Notes: generated by a model from the letters alone, not told the origin. DNA of 33,046 nucleotides from a virus (IMGVR_UViG_3300002307_000150:1-33046); one strand, 5' to 3'; shown: positions 9,496-19,112, counted from the stretch's first letter. Program-made: numbers and translations.

Positions 9496-10491
9496 TTATT
9501 TTCGCCTCAATAAATCCGTTAGTGATACACCATTACGAGAAACGATCTTCGGAGTGTTTTCATCAAAGACCACATAGTTGGATGTGCCTTGACCTGCACC
9601 TCTAGATCCTTGGTCTAGGTAGCGGATGCCGGGGATGCCATACCATCTCAGTGTATCGCTTGCCTGATCTGGTTGACCTTGCGACAACCATCTATAAAAT
9701 TCATTACCTTTTGTATCTCCGCTGATTCCTTCGTTTAAAATTACAGGAACTGATTCACCTTTAGGAATGTAATGCTCCATTCCTTGTAATACTGCGTGAT
9801 TTTTAATTGCTTCTTTGATTGCTTGGCTTTGCTGATTTAAAGGTTTATCCCAATCCAAAAAATGCTGAGGCCCCATAGGATCAGCTAATTCTCTAGCGGC
9901 GTCTGGCCATTCGAGGGAGGCGTTGTAGAGGTGGCCTTCTGGTTTTATATATTGCAAACTTGGATTTTCACCATTTTCTAACAACGTCAAAGCCTCTTTT
10001 GCAGTGTTTTTTATGCTTGGGCTTCCACCGCGACTCGCCATCATCTCCAAATAATCTTTTGCGCCTTCGATTCCGCCTTCTTGATCCAAAATTGAAGCCA
10101 AATAATGTTTTGGCTTATAAACATTCAGTAATTCATTGTCTACGTAATTTTCGCCAACGGTTAATTTATCTCGATATTCCTTCGCCACAGGACTATCAAA
10201 CCCTTCTGCCATATAACCACCATGCCCATAAGCCTGAGCGCCTTCACCTGTACCTATCTTGCTAAAGTCAAAGCGTTCAAACTTATGAGGTGAACCGTGA
10301 GAAACTTTAATAGCATTAGCAAGCCCTGACAATCCACCTAAATTAGAAGGTCCAATTCCTTGCCACCGCTCCCAGTCCTCAATAGCGTTGACATCGTTTT
10401 GATTAGCAATATCATCCCCGCGACCTAACTGCCACTCAATATTTTTAGTGTAGTTCTTATAACGCTCTAACAGATCTTGTATGCTTGCCAT
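9496..10491 (-). CDS. ADP-ribosyltransferase-like protein (ART domain of the phage polyvalent-protein type)
   Basis: HGSPHKFERFDFSKIGTGEGAQAYGHGGYMAE...AKEY, GHLY, GIPGIRYLD...NYVVFD motif series. Confidence 0.7.
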   Translation of the reverse strand: MASIQDLLERYKNYTKNIEWQLGRGDDIANQNDVNAIEDWERWQGIGPSNLGGLSGLANAIKVSHGSPHKFERFDFSKIGTGEGAQAYGHGGYMAEGFDSPVAKEYRDKLTVGENYVDNELLNVYKPKHYLASILDQEGGIEGAKDYLEMMASRGGSPSIKNTAKEALTLLENGENPSLQYIKPEGHLYNASLEWPDAARELADPMGPQHFLDWDKPLNQQSQAIKEAIKNHAVLQGMEHYIPKGESVPVILNEGISGDTKGNEFYRWLSQGQPDQASDTLRWYGIPGIRYLDQGSRGAGQGTSNYVVFDENTPKIVSRNGVSLTDLLRRK

Positions 10492-12293
10492 TACTTTTGC
10501 GCCTCAGTCGCCATTGCTGCTGCCGCTATCATTACAACCTTAACCGGATCGGAAATACGGAACTTGAACACATAGTTTCTCGACACGCCGAGCCTTCTCC
10601 ACTCGGCACGTTTCAAGAACTCGCCTTGTGGCCCAAAGCTAGTCCACATTTCGTTGTTGTATGTGTATCCACCATCACGAGAGACTTGCAGCATGATCTG
10701 AGGATTCTGGCCTTGGCCGTCATTTAAGCCAGTGCCTTGCTCCATATCCAAACGCAAACGGTAAATATGCAACTTATTAAAGCTGTCTCCTTTAAAAAAG
10801 TGCGGGGTGATTAGCTCCCGCACAATTGGGTCGCCATTATCTGTATAGACCAATGGGTCTAGTCTATATAAGTTTCCGTTTCGGTAATCTGAAACAATGA
10901 TTTGTGAATAATACTGAGTGCCGAAGTTGCCGTAATGCCTCGTATCTTCCGTACCCGATACTAAGTTACTCCAAATTTGTGTTGTAGCATCATATAGCCA
11001 AGTAACACCCGCCTCTCTAAAGCTGATCTGATAAAACTCATGACCGTTCTGTCGGTAGCCAAACGCAACAGCATCACCAATTGAAGGGTACTCATTGATC
11101 AGGTAATCCAGATCAGGAGTCGATACCACAACCGGCTGGTAGTTCTGAATGGAAACCACAGAAACACCGCCACGCCTCATTTTAGCTAGATAAAATAATT
11201 GGCCGTTACATCGAGCCATACTCCATCGAGCCGCTAATCCGCAGTCGGTGGGAGATCCTGCAATCCGTAAAAATGGAAATGGAAATGTTCCGACATCCTG
11301 CCAGTATTCCATTGAAACAGCGCCCAATAGAACAATGTTGCCGTTATCTACCGTAACAGCTTCTAAATTGTCTGTATAAGCCTCTTTAGAGGCAAAATCC
11401 AAAGCGTCCCAGCTAAACCCGTCATAGTTCCCGGAAATATAAAATTGCTTTGTGTTTGGCTTATTAACGACAAAATAGCTATCAATGAACGTAACAGTAT
11501 TAGCCCCAGGAAATCCTTCAGATGTGATCTGATTAAGGCTATTGATGACTGTTAACGTGCCTGAGTCAGTGCCATAAACAGGTGTTTGAAACGTCCAGTC
11601 ATTAGCGTCTGACACAATGCCATCACCTAATGTTGTGCCGGTTGCCGTAAAGACTGTACCCACCTCATTTAAAGGCGCTCCAGCCAATACAAAGTTAGAT
11701 GTGCCAACATATTTAATAACGTATTCCTTGCCAACCACCAAAGCCGTTGCCAAAGTCTCAGGAACTGTAATGGTGTACTGTCCACTAGGAACCACACCGA
11801 GAGCCGGAGATCCTGCAACCACAACATCCACTACTTGGCCTGTTTTTCGATAGGTTCCAAGCTCTGTAACCGTAACCGTTGTACCGTTTCTAACGTAATT
11901 GAGCGGTTGAGTAGTTGGCTCAAAGATATAACCGTTTGCACCATCTACAATAATAAGCTGTGAGCCATTATCGGACATGGAGACGTTGCCTTGAGTTGTG
12001 TTTAGCTGACCTCTAACCAGATATGTGCCATTGTTATAGATTTCATATAAATAGTTTGAACAAACAGCATACAAGAGATTCTGCGCTTGAAACCAATACA
12101 GACCACGAGCAGGATTTGAGCCTAATTGAGCAAATGGATCAAGCCCCGGTGTGCCGTATGCCGCCAGATTGGTTTTATCATTTTCTGGCTTAATTTCCAA
12201 GTACAGATTCTGCCGTTTTTGAGCAGAAACAGCCTTAGATTTACCGGCAATACCCGGTCCTAAAATGGGGAGCTGTATTGTACTATCGGCCAT
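10491..12293 (-). CDS. Tail hub / packaged DNA stabilization protein, P22 gp10-like
   Basis: YGTPGL, VSMSDNGSQLIIVDG, TVTFIDSYFV, GHEFYQISF, TWLYDATTQIW, SRDGGYTY...WRRLG..R..VFKFRISDPV; follows the gp4-like gene. Confidence 0.9.
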   Translation of the reverse strand: MADSTIQLPILGPGIAGKSKAVSAQKRQNLYLEIKPENDKTNLAAYGTPGLDPFAQLGSNPARGLYWFQAQNLLYAVCSNYLYEIYNNGTYLVRGQLNTTQGNVSMSDNGSQLIIVDGANGYIFEPTTQPLNYVRNGTTVTVTELGTYRKTGQVVDVVVAGSPALGVVPSGQYTITVPETLATALVVGKEYVIKYVGTSNFVLAGAPLNEVGTVFTATGTTLGDGIVSDANDWTFQTPVYGTDSGTLTVINSLNQITSEGFPGANTVTFIDSYFVVNKPNTKQFYISGNYDGFSWDALDFASKEAYTDNLEAVTVDNGNIVLLGAVSMEYWQDVGTFPFPFLRIAGSPTDCGLAARWSMARCNGQLFYLAKMRRGGVSVVSIQNYQPVVVSTPDLDYLINEYPSIGDAVAFGYRQNGHEFYQISFREAGVTWLYDATTQIWSNLVSGTEDTRHYGNFGTQYYSQIIVSDYRNGNLYRLDPLVYTDNGDPIVRELITPHFFKGDSFNKLHIYRLRLDMEQGTGLNDGQGQNPQIMLQVSRDGGYTYNNEMWTSFGPQGEFLKRAEWRRLGVSRNYVFKFRISDPVKVVMIAAAAMATEAQK

Positions 12294-13401
12294 AACCGTC
12301 CGAGTAAATGTTGTATCTCATTTGTGAAGTATTCATCAGCGCTACATCAGTCTGAAGCGTATTAGTACGCTGATTCATGCGCTTTAAGCGGATCAATGCG
12401 GACGTTCCTAAAGCTACTGTGGTTGGCCTGATATCAAATTGATATTCTTCGGCAATACGAATCGCTAGATTAAATACAATGGCTTCCCAATAACCGGGTG
12501 GCAGCTCAATGTATGATGTTGGATTAACAATCATACTAAAAGGCTTCCAGCTGGTTATCGTTATTGTGCCTGGCGCTGTAGATGCTCCGTTATTGGCATA
12601 GATTGGGTAAATGTAACACTCACCAATCGGAAAGCTGGGTTGGTAATACAAGTACCCCGGAAAGTTTGTTTTTAACGTCTTTAGTCGGATGTCATTGTAA
12701 TCATCGTACTGAATAACCTGCATTGGGTAGTCGACAGGTATTGAGCCGTTGGTCAGCGTTAGATACGCACCAACGATCTTAGTAGGTCTGACTGTGTTCC
12801 AAATTCCACCAATGCCGATTGAGTAAGGATTAGTGTTTGGATACAGAGGAAACTGTTCGCGCTTAACCTCATACAACATCAATTCATCAAGCGACCAAGA
12901 GTCAAGCATCCTGTTAAAAGACTCTAAACCGTCTTTTAATTCTGAGGCTGTTAGGTCTACGTCTACCGCTGAAACCTGTATGAGCCTCATAGCGGCTCGA
13001 ATGATGTCATAGCCTGTATACAGCTGTCCTACGTTAGCTATTTGCTTTACGTTTACAGTATATGGATTAATGTGCGCCCATTCTGCTGGCTCATCACTCC
13101 AAAATACTGATTTATCAGCCCAAATTGGACCTGGTAGCTGCCAAATATTTGGAACAAACTGCGTGTTAGCTAAATTGCCACCAGCTATTTCAAGATCATA
13201 TTCTATTGTTCCATCTGCAACCCAAAAAGATACGTTGTATCCTGATTGAATGATAACTGGATTAGCAATAGGCGTTGTTAATCCTTGATCTTGATAAATT
13301 GCACATGCGCTTGACGTATTGTGGTAAAAAACTTTTACAGCTACGTTTCCAAGCTGTCCCCCAAGTTGAGGGACAAGATCCAATGTAAAATATCTGCTCA
13401 T
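12283..13401 (-). CDS. Head-to-tail adaptor, P22 gp4-like, with an extra N-terminal domain
   Basis: DIIRAAMRLI...DGLESFNRMLDSW and LPPGYWEAIVFNLAIRIAEEY gp4-like motifs begin near aa 128. Confidence 0.8.
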   Translation of the reverse strand: MSRYFTLDLVPQLGGQLGNVAVKVFYHNTSSACAIYQDQGLTTPIANPVIIQSGYNVSFWVADGTIEYDLEIAGGNLANTQFVPNIWQLPGPIWADKSVFWSDEPAEWAHINPYTVNVKQIANVGQLYTGYDIIRAAMRLIQVSAVDVDLTASELKDGLESFNRMLDSWSLDELMLYEVKREQFPLYPNTNPYSIGIGGIWNTVRPTKIVGAYLTLTNGSIPVDYPMQVIQYDDYNDIRLKTLKTNFPGYLYYQPSFPIGECYIYPIYANNGASTAPGTITITSWKPFSMIVNPTSYIELPPGYWEAIVFNLAIRIAEEYQFDIRPTTVALGTSALIRLKRMNQRTNTLQTDVALMNTSQMRYNIYSDGYGR

Positions 13402-13432
13402 ATTTTTACCACAAAATTACGTTACGCAAGAA

Positions 13433-15970
13433 TTATGCAATCTTTGATCTTAAATATGCACACTCCAGAGCCAAAGCCTCTTCATATCTAATTCCGTACC
13501 GGTTTCCAGCAACCCTTACAACTTTTGTTTCTCCAGTTGGAACCAATTTTACGGAATGAATTTCTCTTGTCTTTTCAACTTCTTTATATTTTTCAATAGG
13601 CTTAGTTACTTCACCACCTTTTCCATCAGGCAATACTTCTTCTTCAACATACTTTTCATATTCAGTGTATGTTTCAGTTTCTGTATATGGTTCTTCAATG
13701 GTGACTTCTTCAGTAATTTCTTCCCATTCGTCATAACACAGCAAGCCATACTCAAAAGCGTTAAGACCTTCTGATTCAAACGCTTCTTTTACTTTTTGAG
13801 CAATCAACCCAATGTGCCATCTAGAGCCATCGCCTTTTGCTTCTACAGCGTCATTAAATTTAAACTGAGAATATTCAACTTTACCCCAAGCCCTTAACAC
13901 AGCTTCATCAATTGGCTTGATTTGTTGTTTTGTTCTTTCGTCAGACGTATTGATCGTTCCGGTTCCTGCATAAACAACAGACCATCTGTAGCTTGCAGAT
14001 CCAATTGATTGCGTATTATCAGCGCCAGGGCGAACTACGCCATCATTTTGTATACGTAATTTTTCAGTTCCATAAGAAGTGTTAGGTTGAGTAAGCAATC
14101 CACCAGTTGAACCAGTAAGGAATGAAATTCCTGTTGGCATTGCATTGGCAGCAGTAAAGGTTCCTTCAGCTACGCCAGCAATAGATGCAGGATAAAGAAG
14201 GTTTGCAGCAGTATACGTTGAAGATGTTCCCCATTGACCGCCAAAACCTAATGTTCCTAAGAAATTTCCAGTAGTAATTGCGTTCCCATCTGTTCTTCTA
14301 TATGCAGCACCAAATCTACCTTGGAAAGTAGTATTTGAGTCATTTCTACTTCCTAATGATTCAAAAATAGGAATAGTAAAAGCATTAGTTGACGTGTAAT
14401 CCCCTGCTCCTAAAAAAGAAAGATTTGTAGTTATTCCAACCTTAGCTCCACTACCAATTGTAGTATTGCTAGAAAGCGTATTAGTTCCGGTAAGATTTGC
14501 AGCACCAACGGTAGTTGTTGTGCCATTAATGGTTGCATTACCACCAATTAAAACAGGAATACCATTACCTAACCTAAAATTAGTTGTTGGAGAAGCTCCG
14601 GTCAGGCATGTAAATCTTAAAGATGAATCATCAGCAATTGCAAGGCCCCAGTTTGAAATACCATCAGTGATTTGCATACTATTTTGAGATCCATTTGCAA
14701 CAATCAAAGAGCAGTTGCCAATGGTTGAATAGTAAGAATTACAAATTGGACTATTATCAGCAATAATAGCTTTTGCTGATCTATCAATATAAGTTACGCC
14801 AGATGAATCATTGTAAAAAATACGGCATCCAGCATCTAACTGTGGAGGTTCTGTTCCATTCCCAAGATCCGCAAAAATAAAGCAATTATAGGAAGGATTG
14901 TAAGAATTTCCACTTGCTGTGCCATAAACTTTAATTCTTGACGGTAAACCACCGGCACTAAAATCATAGAAATAGTTTGAATCGGCCCACAACTGCAAGC
15001 AAATTGTAGAAGAGGACGCTAAACCCCCTCCACCACAAGACGTAAAATTATTATTGTCTGCATCATATAAAATAAATCCAGCTTGATAAGACTGACCACC
15101 GCAATATAAGAATGAATTAAAGCTAGTGTTAGCGTTACTGGTAGGATAGTATTCACTAGTTAGCAAAAAGCCAACAGCATTTTGAACGGCTACAGAATCA
15201 ATAGCCCTCAAAGAGCAATTAGTAAATATACATCTTTGTGTATCCGCTGCTTCTGGAACCTCAACGCCAGTTTTCCAGCAAGAAATTCTATATGCGTAAA
15301 CCGTAGGGTTGTATACATTTAGATTTGTAAATGTTGCGCTTCTCCATGAGATAACTTGCACACCACCTGCAAGCAACGCATTACATTCCATGAAAATGTC
15401 TTGCATACCACCGCCAAAACAAACGCAAGAATTTACATTTGGTGGAGTTACAAAATTAAATAAATAAGATGTGCTGCTTGTTATTCCAGAATAAACAATA
15501 GATGTTGCTGGTGCGTAATTTTCTGCTCCAGCGTCATGAATAGATTGGCTTCCAGCCCCAACAATGTTGATATTTGGAGATCCAATCGTAAAAACATTGG
15601 TAACTTTATATGTTCCTGGTGGAAAATAAAGCGTACCGCCATTAAGATTTTTTAATGCTGTTAAAGCATTATTAATTGCTGTTGTATCGTCATGTACGCC
15701 ATTTCCGAGCGCTCCAAAATCTAAAACGCTTAAATGTTCCCCAAAACGATCACTGATTAATCTTTCTATTGAGTTAGGAATTACGGTTCCTTCAACGGTA
15801 ACAGGCGTTTCAACTACAGCAGAAACGTTAATTCCTGTTGAGCTAATTTGTAGCCCAGTAGGATTTCCGTTACCGTCTTGCACTGTTTGCAGTTCGCTAG
15901 TAACACCACCAGGGACTTGCAAAATACCTTGGAAGGAAAGATTTTGTTGTTGATTAGATAAAGAGGACAT
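13433..15970 (-). CDS. Tailspike: pectate-lyase-like beta-helix with C-terminal S74 intramolecular chaperone
   Basis: SVLDFGALGNGVHDDTTAINNA...GGTLYFPPGTY; autocleavage site TSDERTK; HIGLIAQ; YGIRYEEAL. Confidence 0.9.
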   Translation of the reverse strand: MSSLSNQQQNLSFQGILQVPGGVTSELQTVQDGNGNPTGLQISSTGINVSAVVETPVTVEGTVIPNSIERLISDRFGEHLSVLDFGALGNGVHDDTTAINNALTALKNLNGGTLYFPPGTYKVTNVFTIGSPNINIVGAGSQSIHDAGAENYAPATSIVYSGITSSTSYLFNFVTPPNVNSCVCFGGGMQDIFMECNALLAGGVQVISWRSATFTNLNVYNPTVYAYRISCWKTGVEVPEAADTQRCIFTNCSLRAIDSVAVQNAVGFLLTSEYYPTSNANTSFNSFLYCGGQSYQAGFILYDADNNNFTSCGGGGLASSSTICLQLWADSNYFYDFSAGGLPSRIKVYGTASGNSYNPSYNCFIFADLGNGTEPPQLDAGCRIFYNDSSGVTYIDRSAKAIIADNSPICNSYYSTIGNCSLIVANGSQNSMQITDGISNWGLAIADDSSLRFTCLTGASPTTNFRLGNGIPVLIGGNATINGTTTTVGAANLTGTNTLSSNTTIGSGAKVGITTNLSFLGAGDYTSTNAFTIPIFESLGSRNDSNTTFQGRFGAAYRRTDGNAITTGNFLGTLGFGGQWGTSSTYTAANLLYPASIAGVAEGTFTAANAMPTGISFLTGSTGGLLTQPNTSYGTEKLRIQNDGVVRPGADNTQSIGSASYRWSVVYAGTGTINTSDERTKQQIKPIDEAVLRAWGKVEYSQFKFNDAVEAKGDGSRWHIGLIAQKVKEAFESEGLNAFEYGLLCYDEWEEITEEVTIEEPYTETETYTEYEKYVEEEVLPDGKGGEVTKPIEKYKEVEKTREIHSVKLVPTGETKVVRVAGNRYGIRYEEALALECAYLRSKIA

Positions 15971-15991
15971 AAATCACCCTGTAGAGATCGT

Positions 15992-16318
15992 TTAAAAGTT
16001 AACCGCTATAGTCTTGATTTTAGGCTTTACAAGATTATCAAGATCATTTTTTAGGAACTCTTTTACGGCATTTAATTGTTCCTCTCCAATGGCTTTTTCA
16101 AGCCAACTAACAATAGTTTCTTTATTTACATTATTAAATTCAATAAAGTTTTCTTCATTTGGCTTATCCAAAGATTGTATTCCATACGTAGAACATTCTA
16201 CTGTTCCATCATACGTTGCGTGCAATCTCCAATGAACTGTCCCTATGCAATTTTCCATTCCATCTTCTTGCGACAGAACGTCAACAGTTGGAATTTTCCA
16301 AGAAAATTGTATTTCCAT
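15992..16318 (-). CDS. Small fibre-associated protein; paralog of 9160..9495
   Basis: Start revised to MEIQFSWKI (ATG at 16318) by alignment with the paralog; TVHWRL...FIEFNNVNKETIVSWL. Confidence 0.6.
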   Translation of the reverse strand: MEIQFSWKIPTVDVLSQEDGMENCIGTVHWRLHATYDGTVECSTYGIQSLDKPNEENFIEFNNVNKETIVSWLEKAIGEEQLNAVKEFLKNDLDNLVKPKIKTIAVNF

Positions 16319-16368
16319 AATAATAACATGACTCAGTAATAAATTAAAAAACAATCATTTGCATAAAA

Positions 16369-18513
16369 TTAAGCAGTTACAGCTTTTATAACAGCAAAAT
16401 TGAATACAGGTTGTTCTGTAGTTGTTCCACCAGTAGTTGCAAAAGTAACTGAAAAACTTCCAGCGGCAATATTTGTCACTAAAATTATATATTTATCTGT
16501 ACCAGACTTTTGATTTATGATGATCGTATCTGTTGCTGCAACCGTTAAATTTGTAACTGTAAAAGTTTGATACGATGCAGATCCAGCAGCAGAAACAAGT
16601 GTAATAGCACCATTTGTTTTGTTTAATGTAACTCCAGTAGTTCTACTGGTTCCTTGCGTTACTGCGCCGCCTGATCCTGTTCCGTATCCAAGACCACCAA
16701 CACCTGTTACAAGAGCATTTCCTGAGCTATCAATTCTAAATCTTTCTGTACCGTAAGCAACATTAACGCTTGTTAACGCATTTCCAGTGCTTCCTGTTGC
16801 AAATACAATTGCAGTAGACATTGCATTAGATGCAGTAAATGCGCTTTCGGCCACGCCATAAATTGCGGCAGGATATAACAAATTAGCAGCCGTATATGCT
16901 GTATTTGTTCCATATTGAGCGCCAAACGCATAACATCCTATAAAAGCACCAGATTGAATTGCTGTTCCATCTTGTCTCGAAACTGACGCTCCAAATTTTC
17001 CGTAAAATGTTCCATTTGCGTCATTTCTTGCGCCAAAACTTTCAATAAATGAAACAGTAGATGACGTAACATTGTAATTTCCAACCCGTATACCACCTGC
17101 GGACTGCCCGTTTCCAGGCTGAACTTCTAAAATGTATCCTGATAAACCATTACCAGGTGTTGATGTGTTTAACCCAATGTTTCCGTTAAATTGACCAACA
17201 CCATTTACTGTCAACAAATTGACTGGTGAAGCAGTATTTATTCCAACATAACCTGCTGAAGTAATACGCATCCTTTCTGATCCAAATTCAGTTAGTGATG
17301 TATTAACATCAATACCAGTAGATCCTGTTGAAAAAACTAAAGCTGTCGGCATAGCACTTGAGCTAGACCATCCGGACTCTGAAACTGAACCTATTTGCGC
17401 CGAATAAAGAATATTACTTAATGCTGTTCCTGTAGGATTGCCACCAAACCCAATTTTCCCAAGAAAAGCTCCAGCAGTAGATATTGCAGCATCGGTTCTT
17501 AAATGTCCTAATAAAACATTTCCTGCAAATGCGCTTACTCCATTTGCATCACTTCTTTGCCCAACTGCTTCATAAGCCGCAGAGTTTCCAGCCGATGCGT
17601 TTTGCCCAGTAATATAAATTCCACCAGCGCTAGATGTGGCCCCTGACAAAACATAAATTGCTCTTTTTTGATAACCGCCATTAGATGTGACGTTTAATGC
17701 TGTATTAGCTGCTCCAGCAAGCGTAGTAACACCTGCAACAGCTAAAGTTGTGGCAGGACTTGCAGTGCCTATACCAAGCCTATTATTAGTGTTATCCCAA
17801 AATAGATTGGCATTATTTTGAGTGTAAACACCTGATGCGCCAGCAAAAACAACAGAACCAGTAGTGAAAGCAGTTGCCGTTCCAGTGCCACCATATCCGA
17901 CACCAATAGTTCCAACATCACCAGAACCAAGCAATGATGTTCCGCTGACTGTTTTAATATTGCTGCCACTAACTAGAGCAGCTTGTTTACCATTAAACGT
18001 AGACCAATCCGTACTGGTTAAATAACCATTAACAGAAGATGTTGCAGCAGGAATACTTAAATGTGATGCAGATGTACCGCTACCAGCTAAAGGTGAATCG
18101 GCAGTTACAGCAGTTAAATAACTTCCTGCTGGTTGTTTGTTATTAAATGTTGTCCAATCTGTGCTAGTTAAATAGCCATTCGTAGATCCACTAGCAGCAG
18201 CCATACTGATAGCTGGTGTTGTGCCGCCACTAGAAACAACTGGCGCAGTACCTGTAACACTAGTTACATAAGTTCCAGCAGGTTGCTTGTTGTTAAATGT
18301 AGTCCAATCAGTTGATGATAGCCACCCAGAGGCGCTACCGCTGGCTTGATTGAGATAAACAGTAGAAAGTGTTCCTCCACTGTTTTTGTAAAACAGTTTT
18401 CCGTCAGCAATGTTTATGGCTAACTCACCATTAGCTAAATTTGCAGTAGATGGTTGATTGGTTGTGGTACTGCTGTAATAAAGCTGAATTGGTGTGTAAC
18501 CAGTTTGAGCCAT
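16369..18513 (-). CDS. Fibre protein (tail or head fibre)
   Basis: N-terminal PS.ANLANGELAINIADGKLFYK domain common to fibre N-termini; STDW repeats; RLGIGTASP and ERMRITSAGYVGINT triple-beta repeats. Confidence 0.85.
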   Translation of the reverse strand: MAQTGYTPIQLYYSSTTTNQPSTANLANGELAINIADGKLFYKNSGGTLSTVYLNQASGSASGWLSSTDWTTFNNKQPAGTYVTSVTGTAPVVSSGGTTPAISMAAASGSTNGYLTSTDWTTFNNKQPAGSYLTAVTADSPLAGSGTSASHLSIPAATSSVNGYLTSTDWSTFNGKQAALVSGSNIKTVSGTSLLGSGDVGTIGVGYGGTGTATAFTTGSVVFAGASGVYTQNNANLFWDNTNNRLGIGTASPATTLAVAGVTTLAGAANTALNVTSNGGYQKRAIYVLSGATSSAGGIYITGQNASAGNSAAYEAVGQRSDANGVSAFAGNVLLGHLRTDAAISTAGAFLGKIGFGGNPTGTALSNILYSAQIGSVSESGWSSSSAMPTALVFSTGSTGIDVNTSLTEFGSERMRITSAGYVGINTASPVNLLTVNGVGQFNGNIGLNTSTPGNGLSGYILEVQPGNGQSAGGIRVGNYNVTSSTVSFIESFGARNDANGTFYGKFGASVSRQDGTAIQSGAFIGCYAFGAQYGTNTAYTAANLLYPAAIYGVAESAFTASNAMSTAIVFATGSTGNALTSVNVAYGTERFRIDSSGNALVTGVGGLGYGTGSGGAVTQGTSRTTGVTLNKTNGAITLVSAAGSASYQTFTVTNLTVAATDTIIINQKSGTDKYIILVTNIAAGSFSVTFATTGGTTTEQPVFNFAVIKAVTA

Positions 18514-18516
18514 TGC

Positions 18517-18693
18517 TTACTCTTCTATTTTAGGCTTTGGTCCCCGTTTCTTTGGTGCTGAATCAGGGTTAAGAAATTCTTCTGATGTTAACCATCCATC
18601 TTTGGCTAGTTCTTTTAATTCGTTTAAGTCAACAGCAATTTTACTGTTTTCGTAGGTGTCTTTGTGAACTGAACAAGGAAAATCGATAGCCAT
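18517..18693 (-). CDS. Small hypothetical protein (58 aa) with basic AT-hook-like tail, absent from the ORF track
   Basis: MAIDFPCSVHKDTYENSKIAVDLNELKELAKDGWLTSEEFLNPDSAPKKRGPKPKIEE; AGGTG RBS; fills the gap after the terminator. Confidence 0.7.
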   Translation of the reverse strand: MAIDFPCSVHKDTYENSKIAVDLNELKELAKDGWLTSEEFLNPDSAPKKRGPKPKIEE

Positions 18694-18705
18694 ATTTCAC
18701 CTAAT

Positions 18706-18733
18706 AAAAAAGGGGAGAGGCGAACCACTCCCC
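18706..18733 (-). terminator. Rho-independent terminator after the coat and decoration genes
   Basis: Minus strand GGGGAG-tggttcgcct-CTCCCC followed by TTTTTT. Confidence 0.85.
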
Positions 18734-18743
18734 AATCTCACCA

Positions 18744-19112
18744 TTAAGGATTTGAACCAGCAACAATCCCGTAGTTGTTGAATTTGGTAACACCAAACTC
18801 AGTCTGTACAGGGTAGCTACGAATTACATTAACAAGGTAAGTATCAGCAGCAGGAGCAGCTGAAGTGCTTGCATTGTTATAGATAACCGTTAGCGTGTTT
18901 GCGGCTGAGACATAAGCACCTGTAATAGCAATTGCAGCACCGGCTGCTTTAGTGCCATTAACAGCTACCCAATCACCAACAACTAAGCCAGAAACTGTAA
19001 AGTCCTGTGAAGAGATACCGGCAGCAGCGGATTCTGGGGTAACTGCAACAGACAATACAGCCTGACCACGTTGAATGGTAGGGTTGACAATATTTGGTCC
19101 TGGATTAGACAT
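18744..19112 (-). CDS. Putative capsid decoration protein
   Basis: Small beta-rich protein (FTVSGLVVGDWV...AYVSAANTLTV) directly after the coat gene, strong AGGAGG RBS, upstream of the terminator. Confidence 0.6.
   Translation of the reverse strand: MSNPGPNIVNPTIQRGQAVLSVAVTPESAAAGISSQDFTVSGLVVGDWVAVNGTKAAGAAIAITGAYVSAANTLTVIYNNASTSAAPAADTYLVNVIRSYPVQTEFGVTKFNNYGIVAGSNP

Noticed and set aside
13500-13730. Glu/Lys-rich low-complexity stretch in the tailspike C-terminus
   Set aside because: It falls in the variable-length hairpin region of S74 intramolecular chaperones, so it is expected.
8221-18330. Diversity-generating retroelement (TR/VR pair) suggested by repeats between fibre genes
   Set aside because: Mismatches are mostly synonymous and not adenine-specific, both copies are coding and internal, and no reverse transcriptase is in the window.
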